From a virus (Duplodnaviria; Caudoviricetes): DNA of 35,860 nucleotides. The DNA lies in IMG/VR virus record IMGVR_UViG_3300020397_000862, positions 1 to 35,860 of that record; one strand, given 5' to 3'. The notes below the pieces were generated by a model. That model ran no database searches. It was not told the origin of the DNA and was given only the letters and a program-made list of their open reading frames with translations. Both the position numbers and the translations under genes were made by a program. This document shows positions 1 through 7,888 of this stretch, piece by piece (position 1 is the stretch's first letter; each line of letters begins with the position of its first letter).

Positions 1-1028
1 AGATTACCACCTGTTTTAGCTGATATTTGTTCGTCAAATTTCTTTCTATCTATTGTAGTTGTTTCTGTAAAGTTAACTGTTAAAGTATATGCTGAAGGAC
101 CACCATCTATCATATTAGCGAAAGGTTGGCCACCACCATAGTCAACATCAACACCAGTACAAACTGCTGATAAAGGAAAGTCTATGTAGTTTTTAACAGG
201 TCCTACAAATTTTATAGCCCACTCATTTGGGAATGTGTATATTCTATTATTTGTACCTGTGACTCCAGGTAAAGTCATTTTTTTGAAGTAGTATATTATA
301 TCTATGATTGTCTGATTTTCTTTTACACTTTTTGGTCTTAGTGTAAAACTATATGAGAATGTTCTAAAAGGAACTGATTCGAAAGTTTGAAATTTCAATG
401 GGTTAATAGTAGCCCCAGCGTTCTGTTTAATCACTGCCCCACCAGCTGTCTCTGCTAAAATCTGTTTAAATATCGCACCATCTATACCAAAGTTTTGTGT
501 AGCCCCTGTTAACTTAGCTATTACAGCCTCTTTCATACCCATTTCTCCCTCTGAGTATGTTACAGCCATATTATCTACTATAGCATCTGGAAGATAAAGT
601 AATATATTTGGTAATACTTCACCTGGTTCTGCATTCTTTCTTTCTAAACATCTAAAGTAGATGTAGTTTGTCATATTTGATACTTCACCTCTCTCATTGA
701 AGAAACTTTCAGGATATACAAGTGTTTCTCTAGCACTACCTTTTTCAGTATCACCTTTTACTTCATTTAAGACTTGGGCCCTAGCCTCTCTATTCTTTTC
801 TTTTACTTTAACAACTTCAGCTGATATTTCAGGTATATTTGATATTCTAACACCAGTTAGACCTTGAAGAACATCTTCCAGACCACCTGCGATTCTCTGG
901 TCAAAAGAATTAGCAAAGTTCTCAAGACTACCTAGTTTTGATTTAAATTGATTTCCTATATCGTTTAGGTCACCCTTTACAGAGCCTATGAAGTTTTTAC
1001 CTAGTTTTTTTGTTCGTTTGAATGACAT
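1..1028 (-). CDS. gp48: Baseplate tail-tube cap, T4 gp48-like (3' end runs off the window)
   Basis: Hand translation from ATG 1028 is open to base 1 and includes LLYLPD..., NPLKFQTFESVPFRTFSYSFTLRPKS, YTFPNEW, VCTGVDVDY and LTVNFTE, typical of gp48-like proteins. Divergent from gp4. Confidence 0.8.
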   Translation of the reverse strand, partial: MSFKRTKKLGKNFIGSVKGDLNDIGNQFKSKLGSLENFANSFDQRIAGGLEDVLQGLTGVRISNIPEISAEVVKVKEKNREARAQVLNEVKGDTEKGSARETLVYPESFFNERGEVSNMTNYIYFRCLERKNAEPGEVLPNILLYLPDAIVDNMAVTYSEGEMGMKEAVIAKLTGATQNFGIDGAIFKQILAETAGGAVIKQNAGATINPLKFQTFESVPFRTFSYSFTLRPKSVKENQTIIDIIYYFKKMTLPGVTGTNNRIYTFPNEWAIKFVGPVKNYIDFPLSAVCTGVDVDYGGGQPFANMIDGGPSAYTLTVNFTETTTIDRKKFDEQISAKTGGN

Positions 1029-1066
1029 ATGTTTTTTTAGTTGAATAAATATCTATGGAGTTATTT

Positions 1067-1522
1067 ATGTCATATAAAGGAAAGTTTAGACCAAAGAACC
1101 CAAAAAAATACAAGGGTGACCCAACAAATATTATATATCGTTCTCTATTAGAGAGAAGATTTATGGTTTACTGCGATGATACATCAGCCATAATCAAATG
1201 GGCCTCAGAAGAGATAATTATACCATATGTCAACCCAATTACAGGTAGAGTACATAGATATTTTCCTGATTTCTACATCAAATATAAGAATAAAAAGAAT
1301 GAGATTATAGAAGAACTCATAGAGATAAAACCTCATAAACAAACAAAACCACCTGACCCTAAAAAACAATATACAAAGACAGGCCGTAAATCAAAAAGAT
1401 ATATTACAGAAGTTGGAAACTATATTAAGAATGAGGCAAAATGGAGACAAGCACAACAATATTGTCTTGATAGAAAATGGAATTGGAGAATTTTAACTGA
1501 AAAAGAGATTAATATCTATTAA
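1067..1522 (+). CDS. gp4: Head completion nuclease, T4 gp4-like (TnsA-like PD-(D/E)XK fold)
   Basis: MSYKGKFRPKNPKKYKGDP..IIYRS..E, WASEE, HRYFPDF, IEIKP, NEAKW motifs. GGAG precedes ATG 1067. Confidence 0.9.
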   Translation: MSYKGKFRPKNPKKYKGDPTNIIYRSLLERRFMVYCDDTSAIIKWASEEIIIPYVNPITGRVHRYFPDFYIKYKNKKNEIIEELIEIKPHKQTKPPDPKKQYTKTGRKSKRYITEVGNYIKNEAKWRQAQQYCLDRKWNWRILTEKEINIY

Positions 1523-1911
1523 TCGTTCCAGTTATAATCAGGTTCGACTGAACCCTCTAAGATTTGTTCGACAAGTTCTACAGCGTCCCAATCATTACCA
1601 CCTATATGCCAATCATATTCTTCTGTTGGAACATAACCAGTCTTCCAGTTGTAAACTGTGGCTTTGATATAATGCCAGTCTGTATCGCCGTATTCGTCTG
1701 TATAGAAAACTTTAGCGTCTATATTCCACTCTATATTTACTTTTTCATATGGGTCAGCATCTGAGTAAGTTGGTTTTCCGAAAAGATTTTCAAGTTTAGA
1801 GTAAGTAGTAGTAACTGTACTTTGTAAACTAGTTCCGTTAAAACTTGTATCACTAGAATCTGCTATATCGTATTCGATATTATCTGAGACTATAGCTTCG
1901 TTAACTACCAT
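1519..1911 (-). CDS. Acidic hypothetical protein (probable early gene)
   Basis: 130-aa ORF with GTSLQ..TTTY..L...FGKP and ATVYNWK..WHIGG. Coupled (TAATG) to the upstream ORF behind an early-type promoter. Confidence 0.7.
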   Translation of the reverse strand: MVVNEAIVSDNIEYDIADSSDTSFNGTSLQSTVTTTYSKLENLFGKPTYSDADPYEKVNIEWNIDAKVFYTDEYGDTDWHYIKATVYNWKTGYVPTEEYDWHIGGNDWDAVELVEQILEGSVEPDYNWND

Positions 1912-2195
1912 TATGCCACCTCCATGAGTGAAAATGGAACATTGAAAGAATTATCATTAATGATACAAACAGCTCTTGTTCTGTTCATTTTTGTAATAGT
2001 ACCTTTCATAACACCTTTTTTAGTGTTAATATTAACTCTATCACCTACTGAGAAAGTAGATTTAGCTTTTTGAGCTGCTTGAGCTTTCAAAACTTTTCTT
2101 GTTAATTTTATTTGTCTAATGACAATATTTAAATCATCTAAATTGTCTAATTTTTTGATAGCTTCACAAGCTTTTTTCATTTCACATTGTTTCAT
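1911..2195 (-). CDS. Small basic hypothetical protein, possible SH3/KOW-like C-terminus (probable early gene)
   Basis: GAGG RBS supports ATG 2195. Contains FSVGDRVNINTKKG...GTITKMNRTRA. Confidence 0.7.
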   Translation of the reverse strand: MKQCEMKKACEAIKKLDNLDDLNIVIRQIKLTRKVLKAQAAQKAKSTFSVGDRVNINTKKGVMKGTITKMNRTRAVCIINDNSFNVPFSLMEVA

Positions 2196-2260
2196 ATTTT
2201 TACCTCGTTTATTTAACATTACAAGGAGATCATAAAAAATTTAGTAGCGCGTTGTCAAGC
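2192..2260 (-). promoter_or_regulatory. Early sigma70-type promoter plus leader cassette, copy 1
   Basis: TTGACA (2258-2253) N18 TATGAT (2234-2229) with GCTAC in the spacer. 28-bp leader/RBS (2192-2219) is identical to 18625-18652. Confidence 0.8.
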
Positions 2261-2262
2261 TA

Positions 2263-2270
2263 TATAAATA
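2263..2270 (+). promoter_or_regulatory. T4-type late promoter TATAAATA (gp2)
   Basis: Exact gp55 consensus 5 nt before ATG 2276. Confidence 0.7.
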
Positions 2271-2275
2271 ATGGT

Positions 2276-2860
2276 ATGGCTGGAAGATTATTTGATAGAT
2301 TAGAACAAGAAGCGTTTCGGGCTGGTATACAGGCACGAAGTAAAGAATCAATGGAATGGTTTAGAGACCGTGTGAAAACTCTTAGAGTATCACGAAGAGG
2401 TCTAATTGGAGACGGTCCTGTGAGGTCTGGAGAGTCTTTTGGTCGTATGATGAACTTTCAATACGACCCTAAAACAAAAGAGACCCTGCCTTACTATGAT
2501 AGATTCCCATTGTGTATACCCTTAGATAAAGCTAAAGGTGGGTTCTATGGTCTAAATTTACACTATTTACACCCTAGAATCAGAGCCCAATTTTTAGACG
2601 CCTTGTATGATACAACTACAAATGAAAAATATGATAGAACAACAAGATTTAGAATTACATATGATTTACTTAAAGCGAGTTCTCGATTGAGATACTTTAG
2701 ACCGTGTTTCAAACACTATTTAAGTGCTCATGTAAAGTCTAAATTTCTTTTGATAGAACCAGCAGATTGGGAGATAGCTATCTTCTTACCAACAGATTCA
2801 TTTAGAAAAGTATCAAAAGAAACAGTTTGGAGACAAAGTAGAAGTAAATTTACAGGATAA
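2276..2860 (+). CDS. gp2: DNA end protector protein, T4 gp2-like
   Basis: FQYDPKTKETLPYYDRFPL, GFYGLNLHYL..R, PCFKHYL..HV, WEIAIFLP motifs. Confidence 0.92.
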   Translation: MAGRLFDRLEQEAFRAGIQARSKESMEWFRDRVKTLRVSRRGLIGDGPVRSGESFGRMMNFQYDPKTKETLPYYDRFPLCIPLDKAKGGFYGLNLHYLHPRIRAQFLDALYDTTTNEKYDRTTRFRITYDLLKASSRLRYFRPCFKHYLSAHVKSKFLLIEPADWEIAIFLPTDSFRKVSKETVWRQSRSKFTG

Positions 2861-2863
2861 GAC

Positions 2864-3472
2864 ATGAAAGTAAATAGATTTTTAGCTCAAATAACAGAAG
2901 GAATAGCACTTCAAGATAGGTTCGAAGTGAATATATTCTTTGACAAGATTGGTTTATCCATGAGAGGAACTCATGTAATTCAAGCCACTTTACCTGGCAG
3001 ACAGTTTGTTACACAACAACACTCTGATTATGGTGGTGGCCCAATGAGACAATACATCAATAAAGTTGATTATACAGGAACAATAGCACTGACTTTCTTA
3101 TGTGATAATACTTTCGCAGAAAAACAACAAATAGAATTATGGCAAAACTATATCTTTGATGAAGCCTATGGCTTTCAATATCATAATAATATAGTTGGAA
3201 GAATGGAAATAAAACAATTAGATGCCGCACATAACATAATTTATGAAGTAGAACTTCATGAAGTATTTCCATTAGGTATCTTAGAACAAACATTAGACGC
3301 ATCAGCAGCTAATACACCACAGACTTTTACAGCTAATTTTGCATTTAGAACCTGGTCGTCTAGTTTTGAAAATTCACCAAGTGGTATTTTAGGTTCACTC
3401 TTTAGAAAAGTATCTAGAAAGGTCAAGACTAAAGTTAGAAAGAAACTAGGAGACGCATTGTTTGATAGATAA
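2864..3472 (+). CDS. gp54: Baseplate tail-tube initiator / tube-like protein, T4 gp54-like
   Basis: LPGR, LTFLCD, WQ..IF, IKQLD, L.EVFP, F.ANFAFR.W tube-fold motifs. Lies between gp2 and gp26. Confidence 0.7.
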   Translation: MKVNRFLAQITEGIALQDRFEVNIFFDKIGLSMRGTHVIQATLPGRQFVTQQHSDYGGGPMRQYINKVDYTGTIALTFLCDNTFAEKQQIELWQNYIFDEAYGFQYHNNIVGRMEIKQLDAAHNIIYEVELHEVFPLGILEQTLDASAANTPQTFTANFAFRTWSSSFENSPSGILGSLFRKVSRKVKTKVRKKLGDALFDR

Positions 3473-3529
3473 AACTATTAAATTTGGTGACTAAATAATA
3501 TTATAATATTTTGAAATGAAGGAGAAATT

Positions 3530-4234
3530 ATGGCTTTACCAGTATTAGAATCGAACAGGTATTTTAGTGACTTACCTGTTTCAAAAGAAAAGGTTGAATA
3601 TAGACCATTTCTTGTTAAAGAGCAAAAGATTCTTTTAACGGCATTGGAAAGTGAAGACTCTCAACAGATTAATACATCAATACTTGATTTACTCAGGAAT
3701 TGTGTTTTGAATGAAGTTGATTTTGATAAATTACCTGTATCAGATATAGAATATTTATTTTTACAACTTAGAATAAAATCTGTAGGTGAGACATCTGAAA
3801 TAGGTTTAGCTTGTGCAAATTGTGAAGAATTAAATGAACAAGTTATACAACTAGAAGATATTAATGTTGATGGCGAGATAAAAGAGGATGTTATAAATTT
3901 ATCAGAAAATATTTCTATAAAATTTAGACACCCAAGCTTTAAAGATATACCAACTGGTATTAATGAAGACGAAGCTTCGATTGATAATATTTTTACAGTT
4001 ATGAAAAACTGTGTTGAGATGATTACTCATGGTGATGAAGTCTTTACTCAAGATGATTTTGACCATAAAGAGTTACAAGAATTTTTCGAACAAATGAATA
4101 CAGAACAGTTTGAAAAAATTCAAGACTTTTTTATGGATGTCCCTAGAGTTAAATACAAAATTGATTTTGTATGTAAAAAATGTGGACATGAAAATGAGAG
4201 AGAGTTAGTAGGTATTCAGGATTTTTTCGGATAG
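3530..4234 (+). CDS. gp26: Baseplate hub assembly protein, T4 gp26-like
   Basis: MALP, YRPFLVKEQKILL.A.E, DIEYLFLQLRIKSVGE, CxxC...CxxC, ending G.QDFF. Confidence 0.9.
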   Translation: MALPVLESNRYFSDLPVSKEKVEYRPFLVKEQKILLTALESEDSQQINTSILDLLRNCVLNEVDFDKLPVSDIEYLFLQLRIKSVGETSEIGLACANCEELNEQVIQLEDINVDGEIKEDVINLSENISIKFRHPSFKDIPTGINEDEASIDNIFTVMKNCVEMITHGDEVFTQDDFDHKELQEFFEQMNTEQFEKIQDFFMDVPRVKYKIDFVCKKCGHENERELVGIQDFFG

Positions 4235-4425
4235 CCCTTTCTCATGAATCGTTATATAATTATATGCATACGAATTTTGCAATGATGCAACATCACAGGT
4301 ATAGTTTATCTGAGTTAGAAAGTATGATACCTTGGGAAAGGGAAGTTTATGTAGAACTCTTATTGAAGCATATAAAAGATGAAAATAAGAGAATAAAAGA
4401 AGAGCAAAATAAAATGAAATATTAA
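4231..4425 (+). CDS. gp51: Baseplate hub assembly catalyst, T4 gp51-like (first ATG 4264; possibly made as a gp26-gp51 frameshift fusion)
   Basis: Not in the ORF track. Hand translation gives IALSHESLYNYMHTNFAMMQHHRYSLSELESMIPWEREVYVELLLKHIKDEN. Confidence 0.85.
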   Translation: MALSHESLYNYMHTNFAMMQHHRYSLSELESMIPWEREVYVELLLKHIKDENKRIKEEQNKMKY

Positions 4426-4443
4426 TTTCATTAGGGAGAGAAA

Positions 4444-4827
4444 ATGGCAGATAGAGATAAGTTTCAAGGCGATATGTCCAGAAATGAGGTTGAAATAGAC
4501 TTAAATAAGTTTATGGAAATGGTTACAGAAAACCAACAGCTCAAACAAAAAATATGGGAACTAGAACATGATGATAAGAAGAATCCTTTTCAAAAAGGTA
4601 TCTTTCTTGCAAAAGCAGTTGACGCTTGGAGAATCTGGCCTAGAGCATTTTTAAGTGTTTATATATTCTTAATTTACTTTGTTGTTATGTGGTTCTTGGA
4701 TTTACCAGACCCAACAATCGAACAAAGTGGTTTAATATCAATACTTGTAGGTGCTGGGGCAGCTTGGTTTGGACTATATGTGAATAGTGCAGCTAAAGAA
4801 CATGATTCAGACAACAAGAAAAAATAA
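4444..4827 (+). CDS. Two-TM membrane protein with N-terminal coiled coil
   Basis: Hydrophobic segments RAFLSVYIFLIYFVVMWFL and GLISILVGAGAAWFGLYV. GGGAG RBS. Confidence 0.75.
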   Translation: MADRDKFQGDMSRNEVEIDLNKFMEMVTENQQLKQKIWELEHDDKKNPFQKGIFLAKAVDAWRIWPRAFLSVYIFLIYFVVMWFLDLPDPTIEQSGLISILVGAGAAWFGLYVNSAAKEHDSDNKKK

Positions 4828-4834
4828 TTAAATA

Positions 4835-6553
4835 ATGGCTGACGAAATTACCGAATCTAATACTAATATTCTTCGAGAGCAGAAGTTAACAACTAATGCT
4901 CTTGCGAGTGTTATTGTTGAAGTGAGAAAACAAAATGATAATGAAAGAAATTCTTTAAACAAACTTCAATCTGTAAAAGATGTTATCGGTAATTTAACCG
5001 ATAGGGAAATACAAGCTAATGAAGAAAAATTGGCTCAAGAACAAGCTATAGCTGATGCAGAATCTAAGCGTGAAGAAACAAGAGCTAATAGACAAGCTAT
5101 GGTTGATAGAACCTTCTTTGATACATTCGAAGAAATAGGTAAAGGTTTTGGAGAATTATCTCAATCATTAGCTCCTGTAAAAGATGCTGTCACGAATGAC
5201 TTACAAAAACTTTTAGGTCCTATAAGTCTAGGTCTATCAGCTATACCTGGTTTTGAAACAGTTATGGCTGTTATTAAACTTATTCTTTCAAAAAGTTTAG
5301 GTTTCATAGGTAAAAATACTAAAGAGGCCTATGAGTTAGCCAAAAAACAAGCTATAGAAGATAAAAAGTTCAGAAGACAACAGGCGGCGAAAGCTAGAAG
5401 AGAGGGTCGTGCAGCTGCAGGAGTAGAGGGTGAAGATGGTGCTGATTTTGATGGCCCATTCGCTGGTATATTAAAAATACTAAAAGGTGCAGCTGTAGCT
5501 ATCTTAATACCAATCGTAGCTATCGCTAGTTTTGTTAGCTCAGTTTGGCTTGAAACAGCTAAGGGTATCACTACACTTACAAAACTTTTAAAAACAAAAT
5601 TTATTAAAACTTTTCCTAATACAATTAAAGCTTTAGGTGGATTTTTCAAAAGTATAGGGGCATTCTTTACTTCAAAACTTCCTAAAACTGTAGGTGCTGT
5701 ATCAAAAACTGCAGGATTTATTGGTGGTAAAATTAGTGGTTTCTTTAATGTTATCAGAAATGCTTTTGGTAGAATAATGAAATTTTTATCACCAGGAATT
5801 AAAGCTGTTAGTAACTTCATTAAAGGTAGTAGAATATTATCAGGTGTCTCTATAGTATTTAAAATGTTAGGTAGAATATTTTATCCAATACAGTTATTAA
5901 TATCTACAATAATGGGAATATTTCAAGGAGTCAAAGACGCTAAAGCTCAAGAAGGTGGTATAGTATCAAAAATATTTGCAGGGGCTGTAGGATTTTTCAA
6001 AGGTTTCTTTTCATTTTTAGTAGGTGGTCTACTAGATGCTATCAAAGGTGCGTTTAGTTTTATACTTGACAAAATAGGTTTAGACTCAGCTGCTGACTTT
6101 TTAAGAAGTTTTAATTTTACAGACTTAATAGGAAAAGCTTTTGACGGAATTAAAAATGCTATTTTTAGAGTTGTTGACTTCATCAAAAACTTTGTACCGG
6201 CTTTATTTGCAGGATTCTCAGCTGCAGCTAAAAATTTATTTAGTTCTCCTGTTGAAAGTTTTAAAGAAGCTTTCAATGCCAGATTCAATCAAGGTGGTGG
6301 AGCTGATGCAGCTACTGGAGGAGCAGATACATCCACAGATATCACAAACACAGCTGGAGATACAGGTACAACCATAGGTGAAGGAACTGCAGCAAATGAA
6401 ACTGAGAGAAGTGGTATCTCCAGAAGAGATAGAGATTCTAGAGGTAATTTAATAAACACCGTTGTTAATAATTCTAATGTTAACAACTCAAATAATTTTA
6501 CTCCTGAAAACACTTCTACAAGTGACCAGGCATATTCAGCAGCGGGTGACTAA
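4835..6553 (+). CDS. Probable tail tape measure / gp29-like protein
   Basis: 572 aa: N-terminal coiled coil, long G/F/K-rich amphipathic helices, low-complexity T/N-rich C-terminus. Downstream of gp26/gp51. Confidence 0.65.
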   Translation: MADEITESNTNILREQKLTTNALASVIVEVRKQNDNERNSLNKLQSVKDVIGNLTDREIQANEEKLAQEQAIADAESKREETRANRQAMVDRTFFDTFEEIGKGFGELSQSLAPVKDAVTNDLQKLLGPISLGLSAIPGFETVMAVIKLILSKSLGFIGKNTKEAYELAKKQAIEDKKFRRQQAAKARREGRAAAGVEGEDGADFDGPFAGILKILKGAAVAILIPIVAIASFVSSVWLETAKGITTLTKLLKTKFIKTFPNTIKALGGFFKSIGAFFTSKLPKTVGAVSKTAGFIGGKISGFFNVIRNAFGRIMKFLSPGIKAVSNFIKGSRILSGVSIVFKMLGRIFYPIQLLISTIMGIFQGVKDAKAQEGGIVSKIFAGAVGFFKGFFSFLVGGLLDAIKGAFSFILDKIGLDSAADFLRSFNFTDLIGKAFDGIKNAIFRVVDFIKNFVPALFAGFSAAAKNLFSSPVESFKEAFNARFNQGGGADAATGGADTSTDITNTAGDTGTTIGEGTAANETERSGISRRDRDSRGNLINTVVNNSNVNNSNNFTPENTSTSDQAYSAAGD

Positions 6554-6770
6554 ATACAATTTCAATCAAGTTCAAGATTTACTTTTCAATAATCATTGTA
6601 AGGTAACATTTCGAAGTCTTACATCAAATAAGATTCATGAAGGCACTTATCATATACCAAAGAAGTTTCAATCTTTTGGTAATAAAATTCTAGTAAGTAA
6701 TTTTCATACAGGCGAGTATGAAGATATTGAAATCTCTACTATAGAAAGTATAGTAAAGGTGGAAGTCTAG
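6546..6770 (+). CDS. Small hypothetical protein, possibly SH3-like beta barrel
   Basis: Likely GTG start at 6546 overlapping the previous stop. CKVTFRSL...YEDIEISTIESI. Confidence 0.55.
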   Translation: MTKYNFNQVQDLLFNNHCKVTFRSLTSNKIHEGTYHIPKKFQSFGNKILVSNFHTGEYEDIEISTIESIVKVEV

Positions 6771-6926
6771 CCCCTCGACCCGCTGATTCTTCCGATACCA
6801 CCTGCCGCTGTTGATATCTTTCCTCATTTGACGCCAAGATTCCCCAATCTTTGACAAGCCCTTCGCTCAGTCTTGAGCGATTCTGTAAACTGACACGAAG
6901 TTTACATCCCTTATTCTGTTTAGGTA
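6755..6926 (-). ncRNA. Candidate structured ncRNA transcribed from a late promoter
   Basis: GC-enriched non-coding gap directly after TATAAATA (6939-6932), with several stems: TGTAAACT/AGTTTACA, TCGCTCA/TGAGCGA, AAGATT/AATCTT, GGAAG/CTTCC. Confidence 0.55.
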
Positions 6927-6931
6927 AGTAT

Positions 6932-6939
6932 TATTTATA
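6932..6939 (-). promoter_or_regulatory. T4-type late promoter TATAAATA with no downstream CDS
   Basis: Exact consensus just after the gp32 stop codon. Confidence 0.65.
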
Positions 6940-6947
6940 ACACTTCA

Positions 6948-7859
6948 CTATGAATCAGCTGCAAGTTTTTCGAAATAACTTAGTGATTCTTTTTCTTCGT
7001 TAGAGCTGGTTGGCTCAGCCATTTCACTTATTGGTAATTCTGGCTCTGCAACTGTAGACGAAAAGTTATCAGAATTATCTTCTGCTATTGTCTCAGCTGT
7101 AGTAGTAGGAATACCTTCATTACTAATACCTAATACTCTTTCGAATCTTTCTTTCAACTCTTCATAAGACTTGAATTGGTCTGGAGCGATTATCTCACCT
7201 AAAGAATGTTGTTTATTATAAACTTCTTCTAATTGAGAATCATCTTCAAACAAAGGACCAGAATTAGCAAATTCTGACTTGTCATAGTTCCAATAACCAT
7301 CTACTTTTCTTACTTTAAGTTTAAAGTCAGCACCTTCCCATAAATCAAATGGATTCACTGGAGTTTCATCTTCAAATTGAGGATGCATTACATCTTTTAA
7401 CATTTCAAAGATTTTTTTACCGTACCTAAACAACATAACTTTACCTTCAAATTCAGGATGCTTAGGGTCTGAAACAACATAGATGTTAGAAACATAGTGT
7501 AATCTACGCTTCTGTTTTCTAGCTTGGTCTTTCTTCGCCTCGTCACCTGAGTTCCATAACTGAGTATTAAATTCAGATACAGGGTCTTTTTTGTTTAAAG
7601 TGGTTAGAGACTTTTCAATATACCAACCACCTGGTCCTTGAAAACCGTGGTCCCAATATTGAGCCCATGGTAATTCTTCACCATTTGATGCTGGTAAAAA
7701 ACGAATGATAGCGTAACCATTTCCAGATTTATCTAGTTCTGGTCTCCAATATCTATCGTCTGAAAAGTTTTTTGTGGAAGCCTCAGAAGTTTCACCTTCT
7801 AAAGCCTTTTGAAGTTTGTCGAATCCGCCTCGACTGCGTTTTAGCTCATTAAATGACAT
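6948..7859 (-). CDS. gp32: Single-stranded DNA-binding protein, T4 gp32
   Basis: DDRYW..ELDKSGNGYAIIRFLP, HGFQGPGGWYIEKSLTT, YGKKIF, NPFDLWEGADFKLK, NYDKSEF, acidic tail ending YFEKLA. Confidence 0.97.
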   Translation of the reverse strand: MSFNELKRSRGGFDKLQKALEGETSEASTKNFSDDRYWRPELDKSGNGYAIIRFLPASNGEELPWAQYWDHGFQGPGGWYIEKSLTTLNKKDPVSEFNTQLWNSGDEAKKDQARKQKRRLHYVSNIYVVSDPKHPEFEGKVMLFRYGKKIFEMLKDVMHPQFEDETPVNPFDLWEGADFKLKVRKVDGYWNYDKSEFANSGPLFEDDSQLEEVYNKQHSLGEIIAPDQFKSYEELKERFERVLGISNEGIPTTTAETIAEDNSDNFSSTVAEPELPISEMAEPTSSNEEKESLSYFEKLAADS

Positions 7860-7888
7860 TTTATCTCCTATTTTATTTTATTGTATAA

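Noticed and set aside
1067-1522. TnsA-like nuclease as a transposon marker
   Set aside because: Motifs and context identify T4 gp4; no transposase or terminal repeats.
2196-2219. Shared N-terminal peptide MLNKRGKN in two ORFs (also 18629-18652)
   Set aside because: An artefact of the repeated leader; the GAGG RBS points to the downstream ATGs.
5329-6513. Long antisense ORFs over the tape measure gene (and similar shadows at 10279, 27838, 31308, 31578 and 32540)
   Set aside because: They mirror the codon bias of the sense gene; no RBS or recognisable motifs.
6755-6800. tmRNA/tRNA-like ends (GGGGCT...TCCACC), RNase P-like GAGGAAAG/ACAGAA and SRP-like CAGG..GGAAG..CAGC words in the ncRNA candidate
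   Set aside because: No T-arm, CCA or tag ORF, and the order and pairing do not fit RNase P or SRP. Left as an unassigned RNA.
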